From: Patescibacteria group bacterium | GTDB taxonomy: Bacteria > Patescibacteriota > CPR2 > UBA1875 | Direction: 5' to 3' | Assembly: GCA_041737595.1 (NCBI GenBank) | Contig: JBGSRK010000011.1 | Span: 66,658 to 130,657, forward strand | Length of the DNA: 64,000 bases | Part shown: positions 24,316 to 34,590 of the stretch, in pieces | Numbering within the stretch: position 1 is the stretch's first letter | How the letters are laid out: every line of letters begins with the position of its first letter | The notes under the pieces: generated by a model | The model's database searches: none | What the model was told of the DNA's origin: nothing | The model's input: only the letters and a program-made list of their open reading frames with translations | Program-made: the position numbers and the translations under genes

Positions 24316-26970
24316 ATGGATCTTCTCCAAGCCCACCTTGCCCCTACAACACTAAATGAGTTTCTTGCGGAAGTCAGACCGCTATGGTCTGCTCTGTTGG
24401 TTCTCTTGCCTCGTTTGGTTTACTTGTCGATCGGCGTCAGTACCATCTACGCCGTTGTTTACTTTCTTTTGAAATACCTTCGGCCACTAGCTACCAAAAG
24501 GGAGCCGTTTGTATTTTTAGAGCTGACCTTCCCCTCAAATACCAGCAAGAGCCCTTATTCGACCGAACAGCTATTTTCCCAGCTTCATGCATTAGCCAAA
24601 CAAAATAAGTTCTTTAGTAAAAAGGGTTATTCACTAGAAATAGCCGCTTCAAAAGAACAGGGAATCAGATATATCCTTGGAGCATCAGAAGACGATGCTG
24701 AGATTATTGAGAAGGGCCTTCTTTCTTACTTGCCAGGTTTAAAGATTAAGGAGATTAAAGACTATCTGCCCGCTGATCTTAAGCTCGACAAAAAGAGCAG
24801 TTTAATCGAATTCAAGTTGAAAGGCGACATTGCATTTCCTCTTCAGAAGCATCTCAAGCTTACCGAGCATGACCCAATCTCGTTTCTAACTGGCAATATG
24901 ACTAAGTTAAACAAAAATGATCTAATGGTTTTTCAGGCGATTATCACTCCACTAAGGCACCAAAGCCAGGAAGGTAGGCACATCTTCGATGTTAGACATA
25001 AGATTTATGGCCAAGAGGCCTTAATCGAGGAACTGTCCCAAAGGCAGTGGCGAAAACAGTGGTCTGATTCGCCTTTCGTCGTAATAAAATGGATCCTGAA
25101 AGCTTTTGGCTTTGTTATGAGTTTTCTTTTAAGCATGGTTCAAGCTTTTATGGACCATCGGAGTAGTAATATCTCTTATCTCCAGAATAAGCCGTCAGGA
25201 GTAAATAAAGAAGCGACCCAGAACCCTTATGAAGAAGAGCTAAAGCAGGAGGTCAAGGGTAAAGTTGAACAACCGTTATTTGAAACTTCTTTGCGGCTGT
25301 TCATTAAAACTAGCGAACATGCTCAAGTAAGGGTAAGGACTGCGGGATTTTTAGCCTCTTTTAACTCACTTGGTACCTCGTTTCAGTCCCTAGTTCTAAA
25401 AAAGGATAAACGATTACAGTTTCCAACTAGACTCAACCAGTTTTTAGTAAGACAGGTTTCTCCCGAGGGCAACCCAGTTCTTTCGATCACTGAACTTGCC
25501 GACATCTACCATTTCCCATTTACTAGCACTACTAAGACTGAAGACCTTGTAAAGAGCCACAGCCAAGAATTGCCAGCTCCTTTATCTCTTAAAAATAACG
25601 ATAACCTTGATGTTGTCTTTGGCATTAATAATTATGGTAATGCAGCTAGCGATATCGGCCTCACAGATGATGATCGGTCCCGTCACATGTATTTGATTGG
25701 ACAGACCGGCTCCGGTAAATCAACAATCATTTACCACATGGCATCTGACGATATTAGGAAGGGTCGAGGCGTTTGTGTCGTCGATCCTCATGGTGACTTA
25801 GCCGAAGGACTTTTAGAAGAAGTTCCCGATTCAAGGATAAACGACGTTATCTACCTAAATCCATTTGATATCAAACATCCCATCGGTATTAACCTTTTAG
25901 AGCTAACTCCAGGGCTAGAACCAGACGAAGCGGAGCTAGAGAAGGAAATTGTTTGTGAAAGCGTGATATCTATCCTACGAAGAATCTTTAGAAAAGATGA
26001 GAACACTGATTCACACAGAATTGAATATATCCTAAGAAATGCTATCTATACCGCCTATACCGTCCCAGATGCGACCATCTTCACCGTTTACGACCTTTTG
26101 AATGAGCCAAGCTTTAGAAAACAAGTAACACGGGACCTTGCTGACCCTAATCTCAAGAAGTTTTGGAAAAACGAGTTTGGTAAAGCTGGTGACTATCAAG
26201 TTGTTAAGATGGCAGGTGGTGTCACGGCTAAAATCGGTAGATTTTTGTTCTCGCCAATCGCTAAAAGAATCCTAGAGCAAAAACACTCAACGATAGATTT
26301 CGACGAGATTGTTGATAATGAAAAGATTCTGCTTTGTAACCTTGCCGAAGGTAAGCTAGGTGAAGATACGGCTCAGCTTCTAGGCACGGCCATTATCGCG
26401 AAGATCCATCTAGCCATGACTAGGCGCGCTCAGATGGACGCGACCAAAAGAAAACCTTTTTATCTCTTCGTTGATGAGTTCCAAAACTTTGCTACCAGTT
26501 CCTTTACTCGATTGCTTTCCGGAGGCAGAAAGTACGGGCTTAGAGTTACTATCGCAGAACAATCAACCGCCCAGCAAGATGATCGAAACATTATCAATGT
26601 TATTCTCGCTAACGTTGGCACAGTGGTATGCTTTAGGACGGCTAGTCCACTAGACGAGGGACTGATGATGCCTCAGTTTGCACCGCTTGTCGATGTAGGT
26701 GACATCGCCAATCTACCTCGGCACCATTTCTACATTAGACTAGCCGCTCTCGAGCCAGAGGATGCCTTTTCTGGTGAAACCCTCCCAATTCCTACAAGGA
26801 ACGACAAAGAACGAGTAATGAGGGTTATAAAGGCCTCAAGGAAGAACTATGCTATTACCTATGAGAAGCCAGTAGCAGAAACAAAGACACCAGAGGTACT
26901 AGAGAAAAAACCCAAAGTTAAAAAAGAGAAGGAAAAGGACTTGCCACAGGAGGTTAATGCACTCAGCTAG
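24316..26970 (+). CDS. VirD4/TraG-like coupling ATPase (element-borne paralog) with N-terminal TM helix
   Basis: Walker A 'LIGQTGSGKST', 'VVDPHGDLAE', 'LFVDEFQNFATSSF'; same motif order as 2106-4634. Confidence 0.6.
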   Translation: MDLLQAHLAPTTLNEFLAEVRPLWSALLVLLPRLVYLSIGVSTIYAVVYFLLKYLRPLATKREPFVFLELTFPSNTSKSPYSTEQLFSQLHALAKQNKFFSKKGYSLEIAASKEQGIRYILGASEDDAEIIEKGLLSYLPGLKIKEIKDYLPADLKLDKKSSLIEFKLKGDIAFPLQKHLKLTEHDPISFLTGNMTKLNKNDLMVFQAIITPLRHQSQEGRHIFDVRHKIYGQEALIEELSQRQWRKQWSDSPFVVIKWILKAFGFVMSFLLSMVQAFMDHRSSNISYLQNKPSGVNKEATQNPYEEELKQEVKGKVEQPLFETSLRLFIKTSEHAQVRVRTAGFLASFNSLGTSFQSLVLKKDKRLQFPTRLNQFLVRQVSPEGNPVLSITELADIYHFPFTSTTKTEDLVKSHSQELPAPLSLKNNDNLDVVFGINNYGNAASDIGLTDDDRSRHMYLIGQTGSGKSTIIYHMASDDIRKGRGVCVVDPHGDLAEGLLEEVPDSRINDVIYLNPFDIKHPIGINLLELTPGLEPDEAELEKEIVCESVISILRRIFRKDENTDSHRIEYILRNAIYTAYTVPDATIFTVYDLLNEPSFRKQVTRDLADPNLKKFWKNEFGKAGDYQVVKMAGGVTAKIGRFLFSPIAKRILEQKHSTIDFDEIVDNEKILLCNLAEGKLGEDTAQLLGTAIIAKIHLAMTRRAQMDATKRKPFYLFVDEFQNFATSSFTRLLSGGRKYGLRVTIAEQSTAQQDDRNIINVILANVGTVVCFRTASPLDEGLMMPQFAPLVDVGDIANLPRHHFYIRLAALEPEDAFSGETLPIPTRNDKERVMRVIKASRKNYAITYEKPVAETKTPEVLEKKPKVKKEKEKDLPQEVNALS

Positions 26971-27100
26971 GTCATGAAAATAGTGTACACTTACGTCCAC
27001 TAAATAAGCTGATTTTCGTGCTTAAATCTTATAAAACTACTACGTTAATATTTATATACTATATATATCTGACTAGCCAACTAACTAACTTACAAAAACT

Positions 27101-27883
27101 ATGAAGCAAACAACAACACAACCTACAATCAAACAAAGACAAATCGAAATACTTATCCTACTCTATCGGTTCCGCTATTTAAATAGAGCTCACATTCAAG
27201 CAATACTAGAACATAAATCAAGAAGTAAAATACTAGAATGGTTAAATGAACTAAAAGAAGAGAACTACATTGAGTGTGAGTTTGACAAGAAAATAGCATC
27301 GTCTCCTTCTGTATACTCATTAGCCCCCAAGTCTCGCAGTATCTTAAAAGATAACCCAATGATCAAACCCAGGCTTCTTGGTCATATTTGGAGGGATAAA
27401 ACATATTCTGATGAGTTCCGCGATCACTGTCTTTTCTTAGGCGATATCTACCTCTCGCTGATTACACTCACTAACAAGATCGGAGCAGAACTACATTATT
27501 ACACCAAGCCAGACCTACATGGTATGGGACACTTGATTACGCCTATCCCTGACGGCTACTTTGCCATTGAAGAAAACAGCGGGCGAACCAAACGATATTT
27601 TCTCGAACTCTTTGACGATCTGCCCCCTAGGTTTTTAAGAACTCGTCTCAATAGCTACTTTAAGTACTATGATTCGGATGAATGGCAATATAATACCGAC
27701 AAACCGTTTCCTGAAATCATTATTGTCTGTCCGAGTGATAGAATTAAAAGCCACCTTAGCTATTATATTCAGAGCAAGCTCGAAGAAGATTCAGAAATTG
27801 TTTTCCTCCTAACTACCAAAGAGATCATAAAAGTCCATGGATTGAGTAGTAAAGCATTACAAAAGATTGCACCGAAGGCATGA
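27101..27883 (+). CDS. replication-relaxation family-like wHTH protein
   Basis: N-terminal 'IKQRQIEILILLYRFRYLNRAHIQAIL' resembles the Replic_Relax signature; sits next to the coupling ATPase. Confidence 0.35.
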   Translation: MKQTTTQPTIKQRQIEILILLYRFRYLNRAHIQAILEHKSRSKILEWLNELKEENYIECEFDKKIASSPSVYSLAPKSRSILKDNPMIKPRLLGHIWRDKTYSDEFRDHCLFLGDIYLSLITLTNKIGAELHYYTKPDLHGMGHLITPIPDGYFAIEENSGRTKRYFLELFDDLPPRFLRTRLNSYFKYYDSDEWQYNTDKPFPEIIIVCPSDRIKSHLSYYIQSKLEEDSEIVFLLTTKEIIKVHGLSSKALQKIAPKA

Positions 27884-27923
27884 AAAAAGGCCCGAGAAGT
27901 TAAACACTTCCCGAGCCTCTTTT

Positions 27924-28247
27924 CTAGTACTCATCTGCGAGCATCACCGTCATCGCTCTTTTACAGTCATGAAATAGTGGATCAGCACCATATTCCATGT
28001 TCTGATCGTAGTAATCAATCTTCCAGAAGACTTTATCATCTTCCCACTTCAAACTTCCGAAGTCGTGTTCGCCGTAGGGATCATTATCTTCGTTAAAGTC
28101 ATTGAACAGTCTAATCCTACCCAATAGACTCTCTAGGTTTCTGATAGCTTGAACCCCTTGAGTCAAGATGACACCAAACCCTGACTCTCGAAACCGATCA
28201 TTTAAGACCGCTATGCTTGCAGCCTGAACATCTAACGCACTTACCAT
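27924..28247 (-). CDS. DUF3768-like small protein (plasmid/ICE-associated)
   Basis: 'NDPYGEHDFGSLKWEDDKVFWKIDYYD' resembles the conserved core of DUF3768 as I recall it. Confidence 0.3.
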   Translation of the reverse strand: MVSALDVQAASIAVLNDRFRESGFGVILTQGVQAIRNLESLLGRIRLFNDFNEDNDPYGEHDFGSLKWEDDKVFWKIDYYDQNMEYGADPLFHDCKRAMTVMLADEY

Positions 28248-28506
28248 TTCTTTTCTCCTTTCTTTTATTTTTTCTGGGCAAGTCGACCTCTTGCCTCAAG
28301 AAGGAGGGAAGAACAGCACTCTGGGCATGTCAAGGTGGAGCCCATCCGATTAAAAGCAATAGAAAAAGGGATCACCTTGATGTGCTCAGAACTGTTCTTA
28401 TAATGAGAAGGAATGGCAGGAGGTCGTTGCACCACACCGAAAACCAGAAGCTCTTTATTTTTACTCTTAAAAATGCTAGGATTAAGCCAAAGTAAGGAGA
28501 TTTTTA

Positions 28507-28928
28507 TGGCAGACGAAACCGAAAAGCCTGATGGTAGCAAAACTACTTTTAGTCATCAACTAAAGCCGGATCAGCCAGAATCGACAGAAGAACCGGTTGA
28601 TCCTGAAGCTCTTGCTAAAATTGAGAATAGAAAACAGAGAGTCAGTGCTAATGAGCGCCGACTAGCTGAGAGAAAAGAGCATGGCGAACTATCTGAAGCT
28701 GATTTTGGATTTAATGAAGTAAGCCAGCTAGACTCGGCCGGAATTCCTTTATCACGCAAAGCCGTGGGTAATAGAGCTGTTGTAATAACGCAAGAGGATC
28801 TTGAATACCTCGGGGGCATCGAAATGGTTACGGACAATGGAGAAACCGTGCTATTTTCCCCCGAAGTCACCGGGTATGACCTAGACGAAAGAATTATTAT
28901 CTGGCCAGAAGAACTTGGCGACATTTAA
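28507..28928 (+). CDS. hypothetical acidic protein
   Basis: ORF with AAGGAG RBS 8 nt upstream of ATG at 28507 (the track ORF begins at 28413). Confidence 0.35.
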
Positions 28929-28955
28929 ATCATGAAATAGTGAGGCAGTATATTT

Positions 28956-29582
28956 ATGAAGATACACATACTTGAATCCGAAGACTGGGCAAAGTGCACC
29001 CTTAGCAAAGAGGATGTCTCAAAATGGATCACCGAATCAGCTGAAGAAGCCTCTGCTTTACTTTTGGATGTCATGCCGACCTTAAATATTATCGTTAAGC
29101 CAAGTTTACCTCATATATCCAACAACAAGGGCGTTGGTGGTTCTACTTACGATTATGAGCTAGTAGACATTACTTTTGATACTGCGATTCCGTTGGGGGT
29201 TGATAAGTTTCGTAAATATCTTAGGGAAGCCATCTTTCACGAAATGAACCATGCAATGTATTCACGTTTCTTTCCTCGCGAGGGCAGGCAACTTTACTGG
29301 ACGGTTCTAGAAGGTCTAGGCACCGTTTTCGACCGAGACTACGCCGATGGCGAACACTTCACTAATGTCGAGACGGCCACCGATAAAGAAAAGCTGGGAT
29401 GGCTAAACAAATATATAGTTACTTCTACCAGGTATAGTGATGTTCCTGATGACTCGCAAGGTATGGTGTACCAAGTTGGGGTTTGGTTAGTTGATCGGGC
29501 AATAAAAAACTCTGGTAATAACGTCGTTGAACTTACACATTTATCGCCAGACGAGATATTGCAGATGGCTGATATTATATAG
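28956..29582 (+). CDS. putative zinc metallopeptidase-like protein (HExxH)
   Basis: 'IFHEMNHAMY' HExxH motif; no other recognisable domain. Confidence 0.3.
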   Translation: MKIHILESEDWAKCTLSKEDVSKWITESAEEASALLLDVMPTLNIIVKPSLPHISNNKGVGGSTYDYELVDITFDTAIPLGVDKFRKYLREAIFHEMNHAMYSRFFPREGRQLYWTVLEGLGTVFDRDYADGEHFTNVETATDKEKLGWLNKYIVTSTRYSDVPDDSQGMVYQVGVWLVDRAIKNSGNNVVELTHLSPDEILQMADII

Positions 29583-29674
29583 CTATTTACCAATACCATA
29601 ATATAATCTGTTCTTATAATTAGAATGATGGCAGGAGGTCAACACACTTATTACACTTATTCGGATATAATCAT

Positions 29675-30781
29675 TTGATTATTCGTATCAATGTGATACG
29701 ATTACATAGGAGAAATGATACGAATATGATTACACAAACACAATTACAACAAAAAATTATCTCTATCCTAATTAGGAATGATTCAGTACAATCGTCTGGT
29801 GTTTATGACGCCCTTGTATTGGAGGGTCATGAAACGTCTCTTGTGTCCGTAAAGAGAAATCTGACAGAGATGGTCAGAAATGGGACAATTACCATCCATG
29901 GTGGTGGACGCTCAACCTTCTATAAGGTGACTACACTCGGGAGGATATTTTTTGAAATTGACTCGAATAAGTATATCGCTATAGAGCCAGATAGACGCTA
30001 TGGACTTACTGAGTACAATTTTGATTTATTTCCCGATTTTCCTAATGAAATCTTTGCTACTAATGAACTTAGTCAGTTAGAGTCTGCCACAAAAGATTAC
30101 CACCAAAGAACAAGGGACATCTCTGCTACTATCGAGGATAAAGAGCTGCAACGCCTAGTCATAGAGCTTTCTTGGAAGTCCTCAAAGATTGAAGGGAATA
30201 CATATACTCTCTTAGATACAGAGAAACTGATATTAGAAGGCAAAGAGGCACCTGGACACACCAAAAATGAGGCCAGAATGATTTTAAATCACAAGGATGC
30301 CTTTAACTTTGTGCGGGAGAACAAGGAGTTGTATCGGAATTTGACCGAGGCAAATATTGAGAAATTACACTCAATTTTGATAAAAGAACTTGGAGTAACC
30401 ACCGGGTATCGAAAATCGCTTGTCGGCATTACAGGTTCAAAGTACAAACCTCTCGATAATATATATCAGATCAATGAAGCAATAAGGCAACTTATCCAAG
30501 CTGTTTCCGGAGCAAAAGACCCCTATACTAAGGCGCTACTTGCCCTTATTGGAGTTAGTTATATACAGCCGTTTGAGGACGGGAATAAGCGTACAGGTAG
30601 ACTGCTCGCCAACGCAATACTCTTGGCACACAGTTGCGCCCCACTTTCATATAGAAGTGTAGAGGAAGGTGATTATCGAAGTGCGGTCTTAGTATTCTAC
30701 GAGCTTAACTCAGTTGTACCGATAAAGAAAATATTCATTGATCAATATTTGTTTGCTGCTAAGAACTATGCGGTTAATTAG
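29675..30781 (+). CDS. Fic/DOC family protein with degenerate Fic motif and N-terminal wHTH
   Basis: 'QPFEDGNKRTGRLLAN' versus canonical HPFx(D/E)GNGRxxR. Confidence 0.5.
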   Translation: MIIRINVIRLHRRNDTNMITQTQLQQKIISILIRNDSVQSSGVYDALVLEGHETSLVSVKRNLTEMVRNGTITIHGGGRSTFYKVTTLGRIFFEIDSNKYIAIEPDRRYGLTEYNFDLFPDFPNEIFATNELSQLESATKDYHQRTRDISATIEDKELQRLVIELSWKSSKIEGNTYTLLDTEKLILEGKEAPGHTKNEARMILNHKDAFNFVRENKELYRNLTEANIEKLHSILIKELGVTTGYRKSLVGITGSKYKPLDNIYQINEAIRQLIQAVSGAKDPYTKALLALIGVSYIQPFEDGNKRTGRLLANAILLAHSCAPLSYRSVEEGDYRSAVLVFYELNSVVPIKKIFIDQYLFAAKNYAVN

Positions 30782-31040
30782 TAATCGGTTCGTTTTTTTA
30801 CTCTTTAATTAAAACATTGTTTCTGAATCCATAAAGTGCAGTATATCAGGAGAAACTTTGTACTTGTTTTGCATTTTCTGATACAATAAACATAAGCTAT
30901 TTACGGGGGGACAAGAGTGTTCAGACAAGAACAATTTGTACAATTCTATAAAACTACAAAAGAATCGCTCCAGGCGGGTCTCCTTAGCTTTGCCTATATA
31001 ACAAACAGGAGGGACAATATATGTCTATATCAGAACAAAC

Positions 31041-31058
31041 CTCTCTCTCTCTCTCTCT
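31041..31058. repeat. (CT)9 dinucleotide microsatellite
   Basis: 'ctctctctctctctctct' inside a 20-codon mini-ORF (31021-31083) upstream of gene 31169. Confidence 0.9.
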
Positions 31059-31168
31059 GTAAGAATCCGAAATTTATGTAAATATTTCCGCTACTTAGAA
31101 GCAAGTATACGATCAGTAGGGACGATTTTGTCGTCTCCTTTTGTAATAAATAAACGCATGGGGGTATT

Positions 31169-31837
31169 ATGAAAATCATAAAGAAGTTACGTTACGTCTG
31201 GATGCGACTCAGGTACCGTGTTCATCTACTGGTGAGGCGGATGCACGATAGATTATTCGCTAGGAAAAAGCGCTATTACAAGTTTCACCAGAAGCCGTAT
31301 GCCAAGCATGTAGTACGAGGGCTAAAGGCAATATCGGTAGTACTGATACTGGTCGGTGCTATAGGGCTGTTCAATATGTTTAAGCCAGGTAACGCTTGGG
31401 CTGCCAGTGTCTACTCTTGGACCCAAACAGACTGGACCTGTGGTGCCGATACTAGTAACTTTCCTGTACACCCCACGAACCAAGCAACATGGTGTAAATA
31501 CTTCTCGAAGGATAGCAGTGTCAGTACTAGTACAGCGGGTACGGTAACGCTAAACTCTGGCTCTAGTGCCTTCACCGACAATACTACGGCCGGCTTCAAT
31601 GCAGGGACCACGAACAATGTTGGGGTAAATGCCAATCAGGCCTTGCTTTTGAAACCTCTAGGAGCCACGGCCGCAAATGCTTGGGAGTGTGCCAGCGCGT
31701 TTGTCTCGGGAGGTGTCTGTTTTAATGCGTGGTTAACGATCACACTGAAGCGGACAGTTTCACCGATCACGTTCAAAGTCTCACTGAAATTATCTCACTT
31801 ATGGCTGAGGGACTTTCAGCCGAAGAAAAATCGGTAG
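31169..31837 (+). CDS. membrane-anchored S/T/N-rich secreted protein; true 3' end uncertain because it overlaps the VirB4 fragment
   Basis: basic N-terminus, TM 'AISVVLILVGAIGLF', then T/S/N/G-rich region. Confidence 0.3.
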   Translation: MKIIKKLRYVWMRLRYRVHLLVRRMHDRLFARKKRYYKFHQKPYAKHVVRGLKAISVVLILVGAIGLFNMFKPGNAWAASVYSWTQTDWTCGADTSNFPVHPTNQATWCKYFSKDSSVSTSTAGTVTLNSGSSAFTDNTTAGFNAGTTNNVGVNANQALLLKPLGATAANAWECASAFVSGGVCFNAWLTITLKRTVSPITFKVSLKLSHLWLRDFQPKKNR

Positions 31838-32550
31838 TTGATAGCGCCATTATTAAAACTTATCAGAAATCCGGTTTCACCAGAAGGAAGACCACTAAAA
31901 AGAACGATAAACCATATCCAAAACTAACCGATCTCTACTCGACCCTAAAAACAATGAAACAACTGAAACTTTGTCGAAGGCTTGAGAAATACACTAAAGG
32001 CTCACTGGCTGAGGTATTTGATACCCAAACCAATATAGAGCTCAATAACCGCCTGGTCGTCTTTGACACGAAAGACCTGCCAGAGTCACTCCGTCAGTTA
32101 ATGCACCTAATTATCGCTCAATATGTTCAAAACCAAGTCAAAAATGATATCTGTAAGCGCATCCTTGTCATAGATGAAGCGTGGTTAATGCTAGAGCACG
32201 AAGAAAGCGCTAGATTCATCGCTGGACTAGTTAGAAGGGCAAGAAAGTACTATCTAGGAGTCAGTATCATCTCCCAGCAAGCTAATGACTTTCTCTCAAA
32301 TAGTTATGGGAGAGCGATTGCTTCTCAAAGCGCCCTAAGAATCCTAATGCGCCAAGATACCACTACAATCAAGAACGTGGGGATTGAGTTCGGGCTTTCT
32401 GAATATGAAGAGAAGTTTCTCCTGACCTGTGAACGAGGAGAGGCTTTAATTATTGCCGATCAGCATCATGTAGCGGTTAAGGTAACAGCTTCAGAAGATG
32501 AGCATCCATTAATTACAACGGACCCCGCGGAGCTCTCAAGGGCTAAATAA
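31729..32550 (+). pseudogene. VirB4/TrbE/TraC-type conjugative ATPase, C-terminal fragment only
   Basis: Walker B region 'RILVIDEAWLMLEHEE' and 'GVSIISQQANDF' typical of the VirB4 C-terminus; N-terminal ~500 aa including Walker A absent. Confidence 0.55.
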
Positions 32551-33188
32551 TGGATCCGGCAACTATTAAAGTTATTGCCGCCGCATACTCAATGCGGAAA
32601 GAGTTAAAAACAATCTTCTTTACGCTGATTGCTCTTTTAATGATTCCAGTTGTTGGGGTTATTCTACTTACGCAAGCAGGCATAAACATTATCTCTGACT
32701 CTCTTGTTACCCAAGGCAGTAGCCAGACACCCCAGACGGTTAATGTTGACATTCATGACCCTAGAACCGGAGCGGTGATCGATAATATCACGGGGCCGGG
32801 GATGTGGCCCACTCCGGGAATTGTTACTCTAGAATTTGGACAATCAGACCTGCCATATCAAGTTTCCCACACAGGGATTGATATTGCTGATCCAATGGGA
32901 TAAGTAGGAGCACCGCTTGCAGCCTTTATGGCCGGCAAGGTAACTTATGCCGACTCAGACAATTGGGGGTATGGTACTCACGTTATTATTGACCATGGCC
33001 ACGGTGTTGTTTCGCTATATGGGCATATGGAGTCGCTGAGCGTAACAAAAGGCCAGCTAGTTGAAGCAGGGACGACAATCGGCCAGGAAGGCTCGACCGG
33101 TTGGTCAACTGGACCCCACGTTCATTTTCAAATCACAGTATTTAGTATTCCAGTTAACCCGAGGGTATTTCTGGCTGGGAATCCTTAA
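32550..33188 (+). pseudogene. M23 (LytM-type) peptidase interrupted by in-frame TAA at 32901-32903
   Basis: 'SHTGIDIADPMG*VGAPLAAFMAGKVTYAD...HVIIDHGHGVVSLYGHM' gives the HxxxD and HxH motifs split across two same-frame ORFs; N-terminal TM. Confidence 0.6.
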
Positions 33189-33302
33189 GGGTCTGATATA
33201 ATCTTTAAGAGCAGGCAGCCACAAAAGTATTGACAAAAGGCAATAAACCATGATATAGTAGCTTGTTATTGTACCTTGTAAATAAATTAGAACTACTCAC
33301 TA

Positions 33303-34082
33303 TTGGGGTGGCAAAGAGTTTATGAATTTCGTAATTTCTTTGCTGCTCCAATAAGGGAGCACCGCCGGGAGGCGGATTTGATCGAAAGGGGAGCACCCAT
33401 GAATGGGAACACCCCGGATCGCAAGTTGCTGAAGCAGATCAATGGGATTCAGTCCCGGGTGGGCAGTGCCCTCCTGAACACTGATCTCACCGCAGAGGAG
33501 GTCGCGACCTTCCCGGTCAAGAACCTCGGCGAGATTACCGCGGAAGCTGCCATGTTCATCGTTGCCCGCATCCGTGGTATAGAGCCCGGTCAGCAGGCCA
33601 ACGCAGTCATCCAGAAGAACCCCGACGGATCTATCAGTGTCGTGAAGACCGTTCGCGGTCGCTCCGATGAGGACCTCGTTGCTAGGGTCAAGGAAATGGG
33701 CTGGAATTACATCAACCCAGCCATCCGTACTGAGCGTCGCATCAAGGTCTCAGGCAAGCCCGAGATCGAGACTGGCTCTGAGCGGACTCTGACGATCGAG
33801 CAGGTTGTGCCCCAGGATTCGACTTGGAAGTTCAAGAAAGCGGTGGCCGCTACAAGGCCCACGCCTCTTGGCTTCGACCTCGAGGACATGGTCGACATGC
33901 TCGAGCACCGCGACGAACTACTAGCCCTCGGTGTTCGCTGGATCGTTGCACCTGCTGCGCGTTTCCGTAACGGCAATGGCCACGGGTGCGTCGTCTACGC
34001 GAACCTCGAGGACCGCAAGCTCTGCCTGTTTTGGGTCGGGAGCGACTGGGACGACAACGATTGGTTCGGCTCCAGCAAGTAG
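33303..34082 (+). CDS. DGR target protein (variable region at C-terminus); GC-rich (~60%)
   Basis: The 3' 126 bp equals the TR except at TR adenines. Likely start is ATG 33399 (MNGNTPDRK). C-terminus '...CVVYANLEDRKLCLFWVGSDWDDNDWFGSSK'. Confidence 0.6.
   Translation: MGWQRVYEFRNFFAAPIREHRREADLIERGAPMNGNTPDRKLLKQINGIQSRVGSALLNTDLTAEEVATFPVKNLGEITAEAAMFIVARIRGIEPGQQANAVIQKNPDGSISVVKTVRGRSDEDLVARVKEMGWNYINPAIRTERRIKVSGKPEIETGSERTLTIEQVVPQDSTWKFKKAVAATRPTPLGFDLEDMVDMLEHRDELLALGVRWIVAPAARFRNGNGHGCVVYANLEDRKLCLFWVGSDWDDNDWFGSSK
33953..34078 (+). repeat. DGR variable region (VR)
   Basis: 115/126 identical to TR; all 11 mismatches fall at TR adenines. Confidence 0.7.
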
Positions 34083-34128
34083 CTCTTTGCACCTTGGGGT
34101 CTTTGTACTTCTTAGTACTTGGACCCTT

Positions 34129-34164
34129 GTCCCGCGAAGCGGGACTCGACGCACATTTTGCGTC
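34129..34164 (+). promoter_or_regulatory. tandem GC hairpins downstream of VR (candidate DGR hairpin/cruciform)
   Basis: 'gtcccgc gaa gcgggac' and 'gacgca ttttt tgcgtc'-like inverted repeats 50-85 nt past the VR. Confidence 0.35.
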
Positions 34165-34457
34165 ACCATCTCTGCCTCTGGGCCGGTCAATCCGGCTCGG
34201 GGGCTTCTTCTTTTGTGGATAAAATGTTAGTCTTAAAGCGGAAAGTAAATTAATATGCTTGCGGTCACGGCTACAAGCGATTGAAATCTGGGATAACAAA
34301 CTCCGGAATGGCGATAGATACGTCTTTTGCTAGTGTGAGCTGTTACTCTCTAATAGATAAAGATACTTGGTGCAAGATACTGGTGGGAAATCCCCCAGAT
34401 AAAATACAGCCCAGAGAGAATTCAATGGGCAGTGGAACAGATGGTATTTTGTGCAAT

Positions 34458-34583
34458 TTGCTGCGCGTTTCCGTAACGACAATGGCAACGAGTGCGTCGT
34501 CTACGCGAACCTCGAGAACCGCAAGCTCAACCTGAATTGGGTCGAGAACGACTGGAACGACAACGATTGGTTCGGCTCCAGCA
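34458..34583 (+). repeat. DGR template region (TR)
   Basis: Asn-codon (AAC/AAT)-rich non-coding copy of the VR; A at every VR-variable position. Confidence 0.7.
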
Positions 34584-34590
34584 ACTATCT

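Noticed and set aside
22825-32903. Alternative genetic code (UGA or UAA as sense) to explain in-frame stops
   Set aside because: gyrB, gyrA, purF, murI, murD and the large surface proteins are full-length under the standard code and terminate with TAA or TAG, so recoding is not supported; pseudogenisation is preferred.
33707-34535. Overlapping ORFs on other frames and strands across the DGR target and TR (33707-33976-, 33850-34299-, 33921-34190-, 33931-34230+, 33986-34222+, 34281-34535+, 34451-34786+)
   Set aside because: High local GC suppresses stop codons. They overlap the well-supported target gene and the non-coding TR, and the translations are Arg/Ala/Ser-rich low complexity.
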